64,000 nt of DNA from Nitrospirales bacterium (GTDB lineage Bacteria; Nitrospirota; Nitrospiria; Nitrospirales; UBA8639). The stretch lies in NCBI GenBank assembly GCA_965223295.1, contig CBDCWC010000002.1:192001-256000 (forward strand), read 5' to 3'. The position numbers and the translations under genes were made by a program. Positions 31,136-41,224 of this stretch are shown piece by piece. Below the pieces are notes generated by a model. That model made no database searches. It had not been told where the DNA came from and was given only the letters and a program-made list of their open reading frames with translations. How positions within the stretch are numbered: the stretch's first letter is position 1; the number at the start of each line of letters is the position of its first letter.

Positions 31136-32158
31136 ATGTTTCGTTCGTTCATGACCATCAAGACCTTAGGAATATTGATTTTTCTCGCCATCTTGTCTGT
31201 TTCTCAACGAGCTTGGCCGTTTTCTATTGCTGAGCCTAAAGCATCGAGTGTGTATGACGCTGGGGAACAGATCAACGTCACAATGGATTTAGGCGACCTG
31301 CCTGGAGTGACCAAAGTGAAATACTTTTGGTATCGAGAAGATGAGGATATGCTGAAAGAACTCGTCGAAAATCGATTAGCCTTGGTTTCAACGGCGAAAC
31401 ATACCCCTCCTTTTGGCGGAACAGTGTTGGTTCCACAGGATGCCATTGGCACATATCGTCTTTTAGCTGTAGCTGAGCAGGGAGGGCGGCAAGTCCAAAT
31501 GGCCCTCGAGGCGATTTTCGATGAAGTCATGATTCAGATTAAGCCCAATGCGCAACTCCTGAAAATTCAATTCCAAACAGATAAGCCCCTTCGGTTCGGG
31601 CGGGCAGGCAGTGCTCGAGTGTATGACCAATTAGACTCGTTGGGAACCACGTATGAGTTGCCGGTGGTGGGGGAATTTTCAGATGGTGTCATGCGTGGGC
31701 TTCGTTCACATACCACCGGTACCACCTATGTCTCGGCTAACGAAGCCGTGATCAGCGTGAATCAAGACGGCGTCTTGCGTCTCATGGGAAATGGGGAAAC
31801 GGTGCTCACGGTGAAAAACGGGGAGCATATGGAATCCCTTGATATTGTGGTGGAAGTCAATGATGAACCGAATGAAGCACCCGTGGCAGATGCTGGGAAG
31901 ACGCAAATTGTCTCTACGGGAGAACGTGTCATCTTAAATGGCTTGAACAGTTATGACCCTGATGGTGGTTCACTGCAGTATCATTGGTCGCAAGTGCGGG
32001 GAAGTAAAATTCCACTCCTTGATCCGTATTCGGGTAAGCCCACATTCTTGGCTCCACTGGTAGTTGAAGAACGAACTTTCCGATTCAAACTTCGTGTCAC
32101 CGACATGAAGCTTGCCGATAGTCTGCCTGCCTTCGTCGACGTGGTGGTCAGTCCCTAA
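31136..32158 (+). CDS. Secreted Ig-like/PKD domain protein
   Basis: Signal peptide; NEAPVADAG...LNGLNSYDPDG..LQYHWSQ PKD-like motif. Confidence 0.78.
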   Translation: MFRSFMTIKTLGILIFLAILSVSQRAWPFSIAEPKASSVYDAGEQINVTMDLGDLPGVTKVKYFWYREDEDMLKELVENRLALVSTAKHTPPFGGTVLVPQDAIGTYRLLAVAEQGGRQVQMALEAIFDEVMIQIKPNAQLLKIQFQTDKPLRFGRAGSARVYDQLDSLGTTYELPVVGEFSDGVMRGLRSHTTGTTYVSANEAVISVNQDGVLRLMGNGETVLTVKNGEHMESLDIVVEVNDEPNEAPVADAGKTQIVSTGERVILNGLNSYDPDGGSLQYHWSQVRGSKIPLLDPYSGKPTFLAPLVVEERTFRFKLRVTDMKLADSLPAFVDVVVSP

Positions 32159-32354
32159 GCGTGCTGTCTCTCTATCCAGAGTTTTCATCAATTGACCTGA
32201 CTTCTCTACTATCATCTACTCTTCTGGCGAAAGAGTAAAGAAAAGCGTAGATGCTGTGTCGGTAAGTTTCCCACTTGGCTAAGGTCACTGATAGTCTGAA
32301 AGCCGATAAAACGTATCGGTGCACGACAGCTTCGCTTAGGCTATTCCGTCTTGT

Positions 32355-32951
32355 TCATGGCTTCCGGGTGTATGTGATCTCCATCATCTTCATTTCCTTT
32401 GCGCCATGGTGAGCGCCGTACATGTCAAATGTCTGCGTATTCTCATCCACAAGCTTCCACACCGCGCGATGCGACATCGATCCTCCGCCCGGTTCATCAT
32501 GCTGACCCTCTAACGTGATCGTCTTACCATCTGGGCTCGCTGAACCTTCCATGAGGAAAATTCCCGTGCCCATAGTGTCAAACCAGGCCGTGACATATTT
32601 TTGTCGAAGGTTGTCGTAACCATCGATTCCGATTCCAGAAAAGGGTTGACCCATCATCTCACTGGTGAATTCTTGGAGGAGAAATCGCCCACCCAAAACC
32701 ATTTTCATTACAGCGGTACCGGTTGATTCCGTAGGCGGCTTGCCAGAGTCCATCCAGGATTTGGTTATGGTCGTCCAGTTGCCTGCCAGACTTGCCAACA
32801 ACTTATGCGGTTCTCCAGGCGTGGCCAATTGTTTGTACATCTCCATCATGGCTTGCGAATCATCTGGGGCATTTTCTTTATCAGTGGCTGTGGCAACGGA
32901 CCCCAATGCCACCAAACACAGACAACTGAACATCATGGTTATGGAACGCAT
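32355..32951 (-). CDS. DUF1579 family secreted protein
   Basis: ATPGEPHKLL, LGGRFL, GYDNLRQKYV..WFDTMGT, MEITYTRK. Confidence 0.85.
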   Translation of the reverse strand: MRSITMMFSCLCLVALGSVATATDKENAPDDSQAMMEMYKQLATPGEPHKLLASLAGNWTTITKSWMDSGKPPTESTGTAVMKMVLGGRFLLQEFTSEMMGQPFSGIGIDGYDNLRQKYVTAWFDTMGTGIFLMEGSASPDGKTITLEGQHDEPGGGSMSHRAVWKLVDENTQTFDMYGAHHGAKEMKMMEITYTRKP

Positions 32952-33081
32952 AACCGACCTCCTTGTTTAATGAGTGGTAGATGAATTAATAATTCCCTTA
33001 TTGATGTTCCCGGTTATTTTTTCCTCCAAGAATTATTCTATCTTTTTTAACCTCTGAAGCGTGCTTACAAGGATTGATTCA

Positions 33082-33202
33082 GGAGCTGTTTAATAATTCA
33101 ATTTCACGTTACGAAAAGGCCTTGCTGGGACTCGACGCTGTTGATCGTCAAGAACTTCCTGGCGAAATATGGCTGTTGATGTCTTCATTATTCAGTACTC
33201 CC
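33082..33202 (-). mobile_element. MITE family A, internally deleted copy
   Basis: Clear similarity over 33118-33202 (GGCCTTGCTGG...GGCGAAATATGGC...TTCATTATTCAGTACTCCC). Confidence 0.7.
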
Positions 33203-33271
33203 ATAGGGACAAGATATCCCAAATTCAAAAATTGCTAAAAACTAGGTCCTGTCGCCATAATACCTATCCTC

Positions 33272-35587
33272 ATGACTCATCCATCAATGCCCGGTGATTC
33301 CCAACTTTCCGATTCCAATCAGGTTTCTGCTCAAGAGCCAGGTGCTCATGAACGCGAAGAGACGCGAGAGCACTTAAAACGAACTCTTCATCATTTAGGC
33401 GAGCGAGTCAAGGAGCTTACGGCGCTCCATACCACGGCACGTCTGTTTCAAGAGGAAGGGCCTGTCGATCAATTACTTGAAAAAATTGTGGCGTTGCTAC
33501 CTCCATCCTGGCAATACCCGGAAATTACAGTCGCACGAATCCAGTTTGATCAGTTCACCATTACCACGCCAAATTTTCAATTGACCCCTTGGGTCCAACG
33601 TGCGGAATTCGTTTGCCAAAATAAAGTGCCAGGGAGCATTGAAGTGGTGTACTTGGAAGAGAAACCCCAGGCTGACGATGGGCCGTTTTTGGCTGAAGAG
33701 CGCCATCTTATTCATTCTCTTGCCGAAATGCTCCGAGTTCATTTAGACGGCAAGCGGTCTCATGAAGAACTTCGCAAATTATCCAAAGTCTATCAGGACG
33801 CCACGGATCCTATTATCATCGAAGATCTTCATGGGATTATTTTGGCTGTGAACCCAGAAGCAGAACGGGCATATGGATGGACCGCGAACGAATTGATTGG
33901 GCAATCCTCGATGAAGTTGATTCCTCCCGAATGGCAAGCTTTGGCTCAAGAACTCAGAGCACAATGCCATCAGGGTCAAGTGGTCAGAAATATTTCTGCT
34001 TGTCGGCAATCAAAATCTGGAGTGGTGAGTCCCGTGTTGGTCTCGCTTTCTCTTTTGACTGGAGAAACTGAAGAACCAACAGGTCTTGCCAGCTTTACCA
34101 AAGATATTTCGGAATTAAAACAAGCAGAAGCTGCGTTGAAAAAGGCTCACGATGACTTGGAAGAAAGAGTTCAGGAACGTACCGCTGAACTCTCGAAAGC
34201 CAATCAGTCGTTACAACTTGAAATTGGCCAACGAAAAGAAACGGAACAACGCTTGGAACAGGTGCTTCAGCAACTTCAACGAAGTCACGACGATCTTCAG
34301 GCGATCATGAATCAACTCAATATTGGCATGGTCTTGATCAATCGTGAGGGCACGATCATTTTTTTGAGTCGTGGTATGGAACAGATTTCCCGCAAACCGC
34401 AGGAACGTTTTCTTGGACACTGCTGGGAAGAGCTCTTTGACGATCAGGAAAGCATCCGTCTTTTGAAAGACATCATCGATCGTCCGCTTCATAAACGTGA
34501 TAGCATAACGGTGAAGATGCCAACTGTCTCGGGGGGAAGGATTTGTTGGGTTAAGGTTGATGTGCGTGAAGACCCAAGAGATTCACAGCAAAAAATCTTG
34601 TATTTGTATGACACGTCGGAAGTGGAGGATCTTCGACGTCTACTGGGAGAAGCGGAAAAATTCGAAGACTTAATCGGGAAAAGCCCCGAAATGCAAGTTG
34701 TGTTTCAACAAATACAGGAACTGGGCCGAGTCGATTCTACGGTCTTAATCGAGGGAGAAACCGGAACGGGCAAGGAATTGGTCGCGCGGGCCATTCATCG
34801 CTCAAGCCATCGTCATCGCGGGCCATTTATCGGAGTAAATTGTGCTGGGTTGACGGAATCACTTGTTGGAAGTCAATTGTTTGGGCATAAGCGCGGGGCG
34901 TTTACGGGAGCCGTCTCCGATCAGGAAGGCTTGTTCGAAGCTGCAGAAGGTGGAACGCTCTTTTTAGACGAAATTGGTGATATTCCTCTTCCCATTCAAA
35001 CCAGTCTGCTTCGGGTTTTACAGGAACGCGAAGTGACGCGTTTAGGAGAATCGAAACTTCGAAAGGTCAATGTGCGTGTGATTGCCGCCACGCATCATAA
35101 TTTGGCAAATGATGTCAAAGCGGAGCGGTTTCGTGCGGATTTGCTCTATCGAATTCGAGTTGGGCGAATCCTCCTCCCCCCGTTGCGGCAACGGCGGGAA
35201 GATATTCCCCTTCTCTCAAGTGCCTTTTTGGGGCAGTGCCGCGCCACAACTGGTCGACCTGTTGACATGATCAGTCATCAAGCCATACGACTGTTGATGG
35301 GATATTCCTGGCCTGGGAATGTGCGAGAGCTTCAACATGCGATTGAATTTGCGGTGATTCGAAGTCGTGATAACACGTTACAGGTCTACGATTTCCCCCC
35401 TGAAATTTTAGAGCAAAAGGACGTGACGCTCCTTCCCACAGGAAAAAATGCTCCTGTTCGGCATCAGGATACTCAAATTCTTGAGACCTTGGAGAAAACT
35501 GGTGGAAATCGATCTGCTGCCGCAAAGCTGCTTGGTATCAGTCGTGTGACCTTGTATCGGCGCCTTCATCGTCTTGGAATTCAGTAA
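33272..35587 (+). CDS. Sigma-54-dependent transcriptional activator with PAS domains and Fis HTH
   Basis: GETGTGKE, GAFTGA, LFLDEIGD, WPGNVREL, AAKLLGISRVTLYR. Confidence 0.93.
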   Translation: MTHPSMPGDSQLSDSNQVSAQEPGAHEREETREHLKRTLHHLGERVKELTALHTTARLFQEEGPVDQLLEKIVALLPPSWQYPEITVARIQFDQFTITTPNFQLTPWVQRAEFVCQNKVPGSIEVVYLEEKPQADDGPFLAEERHLIHSLAEMLRVHLDGKRSHEELRKLSKVYQDATDPIIIEDLHGIILAVNPEAERAYGWTANELIGQSSMKLIPPEWQALAQELRAQCHQGQVVRNISACRQSKSGVVSPVLVSLSLLTGETEEPTGLASFTKDISELKQAEAALKKAHDDLEERVQERTAELSKANQSLQLEIGQRKETEQRLEQVLQQLQRSHDDLQAIMNQLNIGMVLINREGTIIFLSRGMEQISRKPQERFLGHCWEELFDDQESIRLLKDIIDRPLHKRDSITVKMPTVSGGRICWVKVDVREDPRDSQQKILYLYDTSEVEDLRRLLGEAEKFEDLIGKSPEMQVVFQQIQELGRVDSTVLIEGETGTGKELVARAIHRSSHRHRGPFIGVNCAGLTESLVGSQLFGHKRGAFTGAVSDQEGLFEAAEGGTLFLDEIGDIPLPIQTSLLRVLQEREVTRLGESKLRKVNVRVIAATHHNLANDVKAERFRADLLYRIRVGRILLPPLRQRREDIPLLSSAFLGQCRATTGRPVDMISHQAIRLLMGYSWPGNVRELQHAIEFAVIRSRDNTLQVYDFPPEILEQKDVTLLPTGKNAPVRHQDTQILETLEKTGGNRSAAAKLLGISRVTLYRRLHRLGIQ

Positions 35588-35617
35588 GCACCACTCTATC
35601 CCGCAAAAATTCAATAA

Positions 35618-35757
35618 GGGCACCTCTAAAAACTGTCCTTTTTCCCGATGGCGGCGTCAGCGGCGTGCTCAAATCCTCCTGTATTTCCATATACACCGCG
35701 GTTTTCCGCGCGCCGCTTCCTTGCCTCAGAAAAAATCATCAGTTTTTAGAGGTTCCC
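35618..35757. mobile_element. MITE family B, copy 3
   Basis: Same TIRs (one mismatch); flanks ATAA/GTAA. Confidence 0.88.
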
Positions 35758-35770
35758 GTAAGTTTGTGCC

Positions 35771-35907
35771 TGTAACAAATGATACACATTGTTAACATAT
35801 CTGTAGCATTGTAAAGGTGATGTATTTACATGTTTATAGCAATAGATTTATAGAAGATATTGTAAATATTGATATTTTTAGTGATTTGTTTTGGCATAGA
35901 CATTGAT
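35771..35907 (+). promoter_or_regulatory. Putative enhancer (TGT-N10-ACA) and sigma-54 -24/-12 promoter
   Basis: TGTAACAAATGATACA at 35771; TTGGCATAGACATTGAT at 35891 with an AT-rich spacer. Confidence 0.5.
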
Positions 35908-35990
35908 GTACCTTGTTGTATGGAAATTGATATCAAGATCGTCACTGTAAACCCGTCTGATATTTTGACGAGTTGAAAGGAGAGCAAAAT

Positions 35991-36554
35991 ATGTTGAAAT
36001 CACCATTTGTCTTAGCTGCCATGTTTGTCGTCCTTGGGAATTCAGGCGTCTGGGCGGAAAGTACCAACCCAAATCACAAGGAATCTCTCAGGATGGTCAC
36101 CTTTCAAGATTTGTCAGTAACCGAGCGGGATGGAGTAACGCATCAAGAAAAGTTAGACCTTCTTCAGTCAAAGTTGCAGGAATTGGAAGCCCAAATGAAA
36201 CAGTTGCTGCCAGAAGCATCGCTTCAAGGGCAAGCCTCAAAGAATATTCCTTACGATTCCCACACTGTCAAAGTGATGCAAGGTTGGTCTTCGACTGATC
36301 ATTTACGTGAAGCCAATGTCAGTGAGCAAAACATGGTCTCTGTGGAAGAGAAGTTACAAAAAATTCAAAGCCGGCTTGATCGATTGGCTGCGAAGCCATA
36401 TTTAGATACGAAAGGCTTCAAACGTTCCGGTTTGAAAACTTTAAAAGGCCGTCTCACTCAAAAGTTGCATGAGGCCAGACAAAAAATTGCCTGGCATCGT
36501 TCACAAGCTCAAACGATTATGAGCTCAAAATCTCACCAGCCACAATCTTCCTAA
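35991..36554 (+). CDS. Secreted coiled-coil hypothetical protein
   Basis: AAGGAG RBS, signal peptide ending VWA. Confidence 0.7.
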   Translation: MLKSPFVLAAMFVVLGNSGVWAESTNPNHKESLRMVTFQDLSVTERDGVTHQEKLDLLQSKLQELEAQMKQLLPEASLQGQASKNIPYDSHTVKVMQGWSSTDHLREANVSEQNMVSVEEKLQKIQSRLDRLAAKPYLDTKGFKRSGLKTLKGRLTQKLHEARQKIAWHRSQAQTIMSSKSHQPQSS

Positions 36555-36661
36555 AGCCTATCGTAAGCCAGAGCCCCTGCCGTTACCGGCGGGGGTGAAG
36601 TTTTGAAAGTACTTCAGAGAAACTCTTGGGAAGCCTTCTCCCTTAAGGTTTTTCGGAGGAG

Positions 36662-36701
36662 TGCAAGAGCTGACGCCTTAGGCGTCAGCTCTTGCTTTTT
36701 T
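36662..36701 (+). terminator. Rho-independent terminator
   Basis: GCAAGAGCTGACGCC-TTA-GGCGTCAGCTCTTGC followed by TTTTTT. Confidence 0.85.
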
Positions 36702-36709
36702 CAAGGGTT

Positions 36710-36899
36710 GGGTCTGTTGAAAAAAGCCGCCAGCGGCGTTCTCGCCCTTTTCCCGTGCTCACGTACTGCCCGTACGCTCCGCGCGCAACAATGGCTGTGG
36801 CCTTGCTGGACGACATTTTTGAACAGTCCCGACACTGTTGATCGCCACAGGTTTCCGGGCGAAATATGGCCCTTGATCACTTCATTATTCAACACTCCA
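36710..36899 (-). mobile_element. MITE family A copy
   Basis: Full-length reverse copy; no TSD visible; ends 3 bp before the ATG at 36903. Confidence 0.88.
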
Positions 36900-36902
36900 C
36901 CT

Positions 36903-37838
36903 ATGCGGATGTTGCTTATTCAGGTTGTAGCGTCTGTGTTTGCATGCATCAGTTTTTCTGCTTGTGTCGGCAAATTTGAAACGAAGGACACGTTAACGGC
37001 AGAGTGCCAACGTCACTGGCAGCAGGAAGCGGGCATGGATACAGATGCGCTTCGTCATTCCTTATCTCGTGAGGGATGGCATGTCTTAGTGTGGAATATT
37101 CATGATCGGTTGTTGCCGGGATCGCTTATTTTAGGAAAAGGGCACTCGGAAGAAGACGTGGTGTGTATAGGGGATCTGGCCTCAAAGTTTGACTTGGTGT
37201 TGTTCCAAGAAGCCTTTGTGCGTCCAGCTCAGATCGCTCGCTATACCAACCATCGTTGGGCTGATCATCCTGTCTTTGAGGAAGGTGGTGGCGGGGATTG
37301 GTGGCCGTTGAGGATGATGTGTGAGATTTGTCTTACTCCAGGGCTGCTCATGCTCGCGCAGGAGGAACCTCAGTTTGTGTATGCTGAACCTTATAAGGCC
37401 TACGCTGGTTGGAATACCGACCTGAATAAAGCAGACGATTTCTTCTCAAAGGGATTTCAGCTGGTGCAATTCCCAGCCTTTTGGGTATTGAATAGTCATA
37501 TGGATTCCGGAAGAGGACAAGCCAGCATCGAGGCTAGGGTGATGCAATTTCAGCAAATTACGGCAGCTCTCAAAAGACTCGTTCCCGAGGATGCGCCGCT
37601 CCTCATTGGCATGGATTCAAATTTACGACCAGATCAAGAAGAACAAGATGAAGAAATCCTACAGAGGTTTCTTCAAGACAATGATTTGTCTTTGATGCGT
37701 CATAATGGACCAGATCTTATTGCGGCCAGATATCTTGGGCTAGAGAATGTCCAAACACTTCCCTCAGAAAACATTCTCAGCGATCATAATGCTCTGTCAG
37801 TGACAGTTTCAGTTGCCAACGAAAAACTAATAGACTAA
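36903..37838 (+). CDS. Endonuclease/exonuclease/phosphatase (EEP) family lipoprotein
   Basis: FSAC lipobox; VWNI, LFQEAF, NSHMD, GMDSN, SDHNAL; the upstream ORF extension is MITE/terminator sequence. Confidence 0.8.
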   Translation: MRMLLIQVVASVFACISFSACVGKFETKDTLTAECQRHWQQEAGMDTDALRHSLSREGWHVLVWNIHDRLLPGSLILGKGHSEEDVVCIGDLASKFDLVLFQEAFVRPAQIARYTNHRWADHPVFEEGGGGDWWPLRMMCEICLTPGLLMLAQEEPQFVYAEPYKAYAGWNTDLNKADDFFSKGFQLVQFPAFWVLNSHMDSGRGQASIEARVMQFQQITAALKRLVPEDAPLLIGMDSNLRPDQEEQDEEILQRFLQDNDLSLMRHNGPDLIAARYLGLENVQTLPSENILSDHNALSVTVSVANEKLID

Positions 37839-37905
37839 CGATAAAGGCGTTTCATTCGACTCTTGTTTCGTGTAGGAAGACCGGAAATATTCGAGTCAGA
37901 CTTCT

Positions 37906-38046
37906 GGGCACCTCTAAAAACGGTCCTTTTTCCCGACGGCGGCGTCAGCGGCATGCTCAAATCCTCATGTATTTCCATCTACACTGAGGTTTTCCGCGCG
38001 CCGCTTCCTTGCCCTCAGAAAAAATCATCAGTTTTTAGAGGTGCCC
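37906..38046. mobile_element. MITE family B, copy 4
   Basis: TIRs; TSD TTCT. Confidence 0.92.
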
Positions 38047-38064
38047 TTCTGTGAAATCAATGTT

Positions 38065-38238
38065 TGGGCTGTTGAAAAAAGCCGCTGCTTATTCCGCCGA
38101 AGTTACTCGATAAGCTACGAAGGCTGAAAGCGGATTCGTGCAGGCGAGCGGACTTTTTGGAGTCGCCCCGAGGCTGATGGTAGCCGATGTTATCTTAAGG
38201 AAACTTATTTATGGTGTATTATGTTATTCACCACTCCC
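38065..38238 (-). mobile_element. MITE family A, core-deleted copy with nested REP-like hairpins
   Basis: Both ends present; perfect TSD ATGTT. Confidence 0.82.
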
Positions 38239-38555
38239 ATGTTGAAAGTTCGAGATGTGCTTCAAATTGACACCCCTCATTGTAATCGACCTAAGAGAAA
38301 ATTCTCTCGGAAAATTCAAAGAAAGAAATCAGTAAAATTTGTAGTAAATTTTCTCTTGGCGAAAGTATGACTGAGCATCAAGCCCCAAAGTTTTTTCTAT
38401 GCTGAAAAACATTTGGTGAGAGTTGTAACCCATAAGGGGTATCTATATTTATACGTAAAGGGTTTGAAAATAAGAAGAAATCAGGTAAAATTTTTCTATA
38501 CAGACAAAAGGTTTCTGATATCTGAAGTCGCGTACTCTAGAGAAAGGAGAAAGGT

Positions 38556-38825
38556 GTGAGTTTCAAAATCGGTGATTTCGTCATCTTCAGAAAACCGAAA
38601 AACTCAATCCATCCGACCCTTCGAGCCATACATGTTAAACCTGCTCGTCATGGAGAGACTTATCATTATTTCGTCGACAAGTTATGGAAAGTCGTCAATG
38701 TGTTCGATAATACGATTGAAATTGAAACTCGTCGCGGAAAACGCCACTGTTTAAGTATTGATTCTCCACAGCTACGTAAGGTCGGGCTTCTGGACCGCCT
38801 GTCTTTCCGAAATCGATTTTTCTAA
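38556..38825 (+). CDS. Small basic hypothetical protein
   Basis: AGGAG RBS with GTG start; KPKNSIHP...GETYHYFVDKLWKV...TRRGKRH. Confidence 0.65.
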   Translation: MSFKIGDFVIFRKPKNSIHPTLRAIHVKPARHGETYHYFVDKLWKVVNVFDNTIEIETRRGKRHCLSIDSPQLRKVGLLDRLSFRNRFF

Positions 38826-38898
38826 ATCCGGAGTTTAGCTTAACCGTATTCATCTTCCCACCCGATTTACCGTCGGTGGATTGAATGTTTGAGATGAC

Positions 38899-39780
38899 TC
38901 AAGGTTTTTTCTGTTTAGGCCAGCGTTCTTGAATGAGCTGTTCGACCGCAGACTGCATCTCTCGACATGGTAAGTGGATGCGCTCACCATGTCCCGGTAG
39001 TAACCATTCAAAGGAATAGTGGAGTAATTTTCTGACAGATTGTTCCAGTTGAGCCTCATTCCACACGAGGTTTTCCGGTGTCCCCAGTTGCTGGAGATCC
39101 CGATCCCACCATAGATGATCGCCTGAAAATAAATACCGATTCTTATATAACAAAGACATGCTGCCTGGAGTATGGCCTGGAACAGGAATACACATACATT
39201 CTGATTCGACTGGTACCGTATCCTGGCCTTTGACGATCTGTTCCGCATCCGGCATGGCATCGGCATCTGCCTCGTGGATCATACGAGTGGCTCCAAACAC
39301 TTTGGCATAGCGAGCTGCTTCAGCGACATCGTCTCGATGACTAAGAAAGATATATTGAATGCCTCCCAGATCTTCAAAAGCTTGGATGAGTTGCTTGAGA
39401 TAGCGAGGGGAATCGATTAGCCAGTTTCCCTTAGGATGTTTGATGAAATAACTGTGGGCGCCAAATGATTTTTCTGAGTTAAATCCCACATAGTACACGT
39501 TGTCTTCTAGTTTTAGTGGAAAGGAAGTTTGGGCTTTTGAGAATAGGATAGGATCGTTTTTGACGGTGCCGATGGATCCCACTGGACAGGCAATCAGGGC
39601 TTGGTACGCAGCGAATATGCCTTTTGAAGATTTTGGCTGCTGGAAAACGGTAGAATAGTTGTCGTCTTCAATAAACGTTGTGGGCGCCAATTGCCTGCAG
39701 GTATCGCAGTCGATGCAGGTGGAATCAACGAAAAAGTTCCCTTTAGCGTTGGTATCTAATCGCTTTGCCAGGTTAGCCAT
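38899..39780 (-). CDS. MBL-fold metallohydrolase with N-terminal ferredoxin domain
   Basis: CIDCDTC...ACPVGSIG; SHRDDV, PGHTPGS, SGDH, PGHG. Confidence 0.9.
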   Translation of the reverse strand: MANLAKRLDTNAKGNFFVDSTCIDCDTCRQLAPTTFIEDDNYSTVFQQPKSSKGIFAAYQALIACPVGSIGTVKNDPILFSKAQTSFPLKLEDNVYYVGFNSEKSFGAHSYFIKHPKGNWLIDSPRYLKQLIQAFEDLGGIQYIFLSHRDDVAEAARYAKVFGATRMIHEADADAMPDAEQIVKGQDTVPVESECMCIPVPGHTPGSMSLLYKNRYLFSGDHLWWDRDLQQLGTPENLVWNEAQLEQSVRKLLHYSFEWLLPGHGERIHLPCREMQSAVEQLIQERWPKQKKP

Positions 39781-39860
39781 GATCAGAATTTCTCATTCTT
39801 GGGAGTATACCCGTGAGTTAGAGATTCATCCACACATTCACTTTAGCTATGGAGGCATGT

Positions 39861-40295
39861 ATGCACAAGCTCACGTCTATTTTGGCCGTAGTAGTTCTGA
39901 GCGTTAGTTTTAGCGGGTGTAGTTACCTCTTCTACCCTCGCGCAGATGACTATGCTGCGAAAGCGAAAGGGGCCACGAGCGTTGATACTGTGATCAATCT
40001 CACGACGATGATGGAGGCGAGTGCGGAAGCATCGAAAGGTGGCCAGGGGTATGATCAAGCGTTAGACGATCTGCACAATCAATTTCATGCTTTTGACGAT
40101 TCGCTATGTTGTGTGGATGAAGCGAAACGGGCCACTCCCGCTTACGATTTAGCGGTAACCCATAATAAGGAACTATGGGCTATTTTTAAACGGGTCTGGA
40201 AATTTAAGGATACCCAGCCTCAACGGGATGAACATCTGGCGCTATTTAAGACAGAGGTCCAAGAACTTCGTACGACCCTTGAGGCCTTGAAATAA
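39861..40295 (+). CDS. Helical lipoprotein, hypothetical
   Basis: GGAGG RBS; lipobox FSGC. Confidence 0.7.
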   Translation: MHKLTSILAVVVLSVSFSGCSYLFYPRADDYAAKAKGATSVDTVINLTTMMEASAEASKGGQGYDQALDDLHNQFHAFDDSLCCVDEAKRATPAYDLAVTHNKELWAIFKRVWKFKDTQPQRDEHLALFKTEVQELRTTLEALK

Positions 40296-40474
40296 TCAAG
40301 ATGTACATAGTTATCCTCCGTAGGTGGTAAACCAGTGTACGTGAATACGCTTACATCAGGCATGAGGTTGGGATGTGGAAAGAATTTTCGGACTTTGCCG
40401 TAGCGATAGATCCGTCTTAACCTCTTGTCTCATTGTTGCAAGTAAACGTTGATGAATGAGTTTGTATCGTCCGA

Positions 40475-41224
40475 TCAGGTATAGCGAGTATAGGTGCTCC
40501 GTTTAGGCGGGCGTGATTTAATGACGACCCCAAGTAATAGCCCAAGAAGTACTAAGCCGCCACCGTATACAAGCCATTCGCGTTGAACGTTTTCCTCTAG
40601 TCGCCTGTTTTGATCAGATAGTTCGTCGACTTGAGCAACTAAACGCTGGTTCTGCTTTGTAAGCTCAACGTTGAGGGTATGTTCATGGATTGGATCGGCT
40701 GATACTCGCTTCAGTTCTGCAAGTTCTTTAGTCAGGGTTTGTACCTGCGAATTCAGTGTCCGGTTGTTTGTCTGAGTTTTTGTGTGTTCAGCTTGTAGGT
40801 TGGCAAGCGCTTCGCGTTCTTTGTCAAATTTGACTTTGAGATTTTGAAGACGTTTTTCGGAAGCCGCCAGTTTAACGCGGGCAATTGGTTCCTGGACGAG
40901 ATACTGAGAGGTGACCCAACCTTCCAGTCCACCAGCCGTCCGAATTTGGGTAAACCCGGCCTCTTCGTCGATTGCGAGAATGGTCAATTGCGTCCCGCTT
41001 GGTAGTCCACGATGTAGGATGCGATGTGAGGTGGAAGGCCCACTGCGTAACGGCACATTCAATACGTCAGAGATGTAATTGGTGTCTCCAATTGCGGCTA
41101 AAGATTGTGTGGCCAGCGACAGAAAAGAAAACAATAAGAAGACGAGAGAAATCAAAATTTTCAAAGTCGGTAACCTCCTTGTATTGTCGGGTATCTCGAA
41201 AAAGGAGTTCTTCCTGCGAATCAT
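40475..41224 (-). CDS. SH3 domain protein (YgiM/TIGR04211-like)
   Basis: YISDVLNVPLRSGPS, EGWV, coiled coil, C-terminal TM WLVYGGGLV. Confidence 0.88.
   Translation of the reverse strand: MIRRKNSFFEIPDNTRRLPTLKILISLVFLLFSFLSLATQSLAAIGDTNYISDVLNVPLRSGPSTSHRILHRGLPSGTQLTILAIDEEAGFTQIRTAGGLEGWVTSQYLVQEPIARVKLAASEKRLQNLKVKFDKEREALANLQAEHTKTQTNNRTLNSQVQTLTKELAELKRVSADPIHEHTLNVELTKQNQRLVAQVDELSDQNRRLEENVQREWLVYGGGLVLLGLLLGVVIKSRPPKRSTYTRYT

Noticed and set aside
36570-36630. Hammerhead ribozyme
   Set aside because: GAAA is present but there is no CUGANGA core in the right position on either strand.
36603-36902. 100-aa N-terminal extension of the EEP protein
   Set aside because: It spans a terminator and MITE-A; a lipoprotein signal begins at ATG 36903.
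14556-38054. Recurrent ORFs containing LKTVLFPDGGVS (14556, 20562, 37863)
   Set aside because: They are translations of MITE-B.
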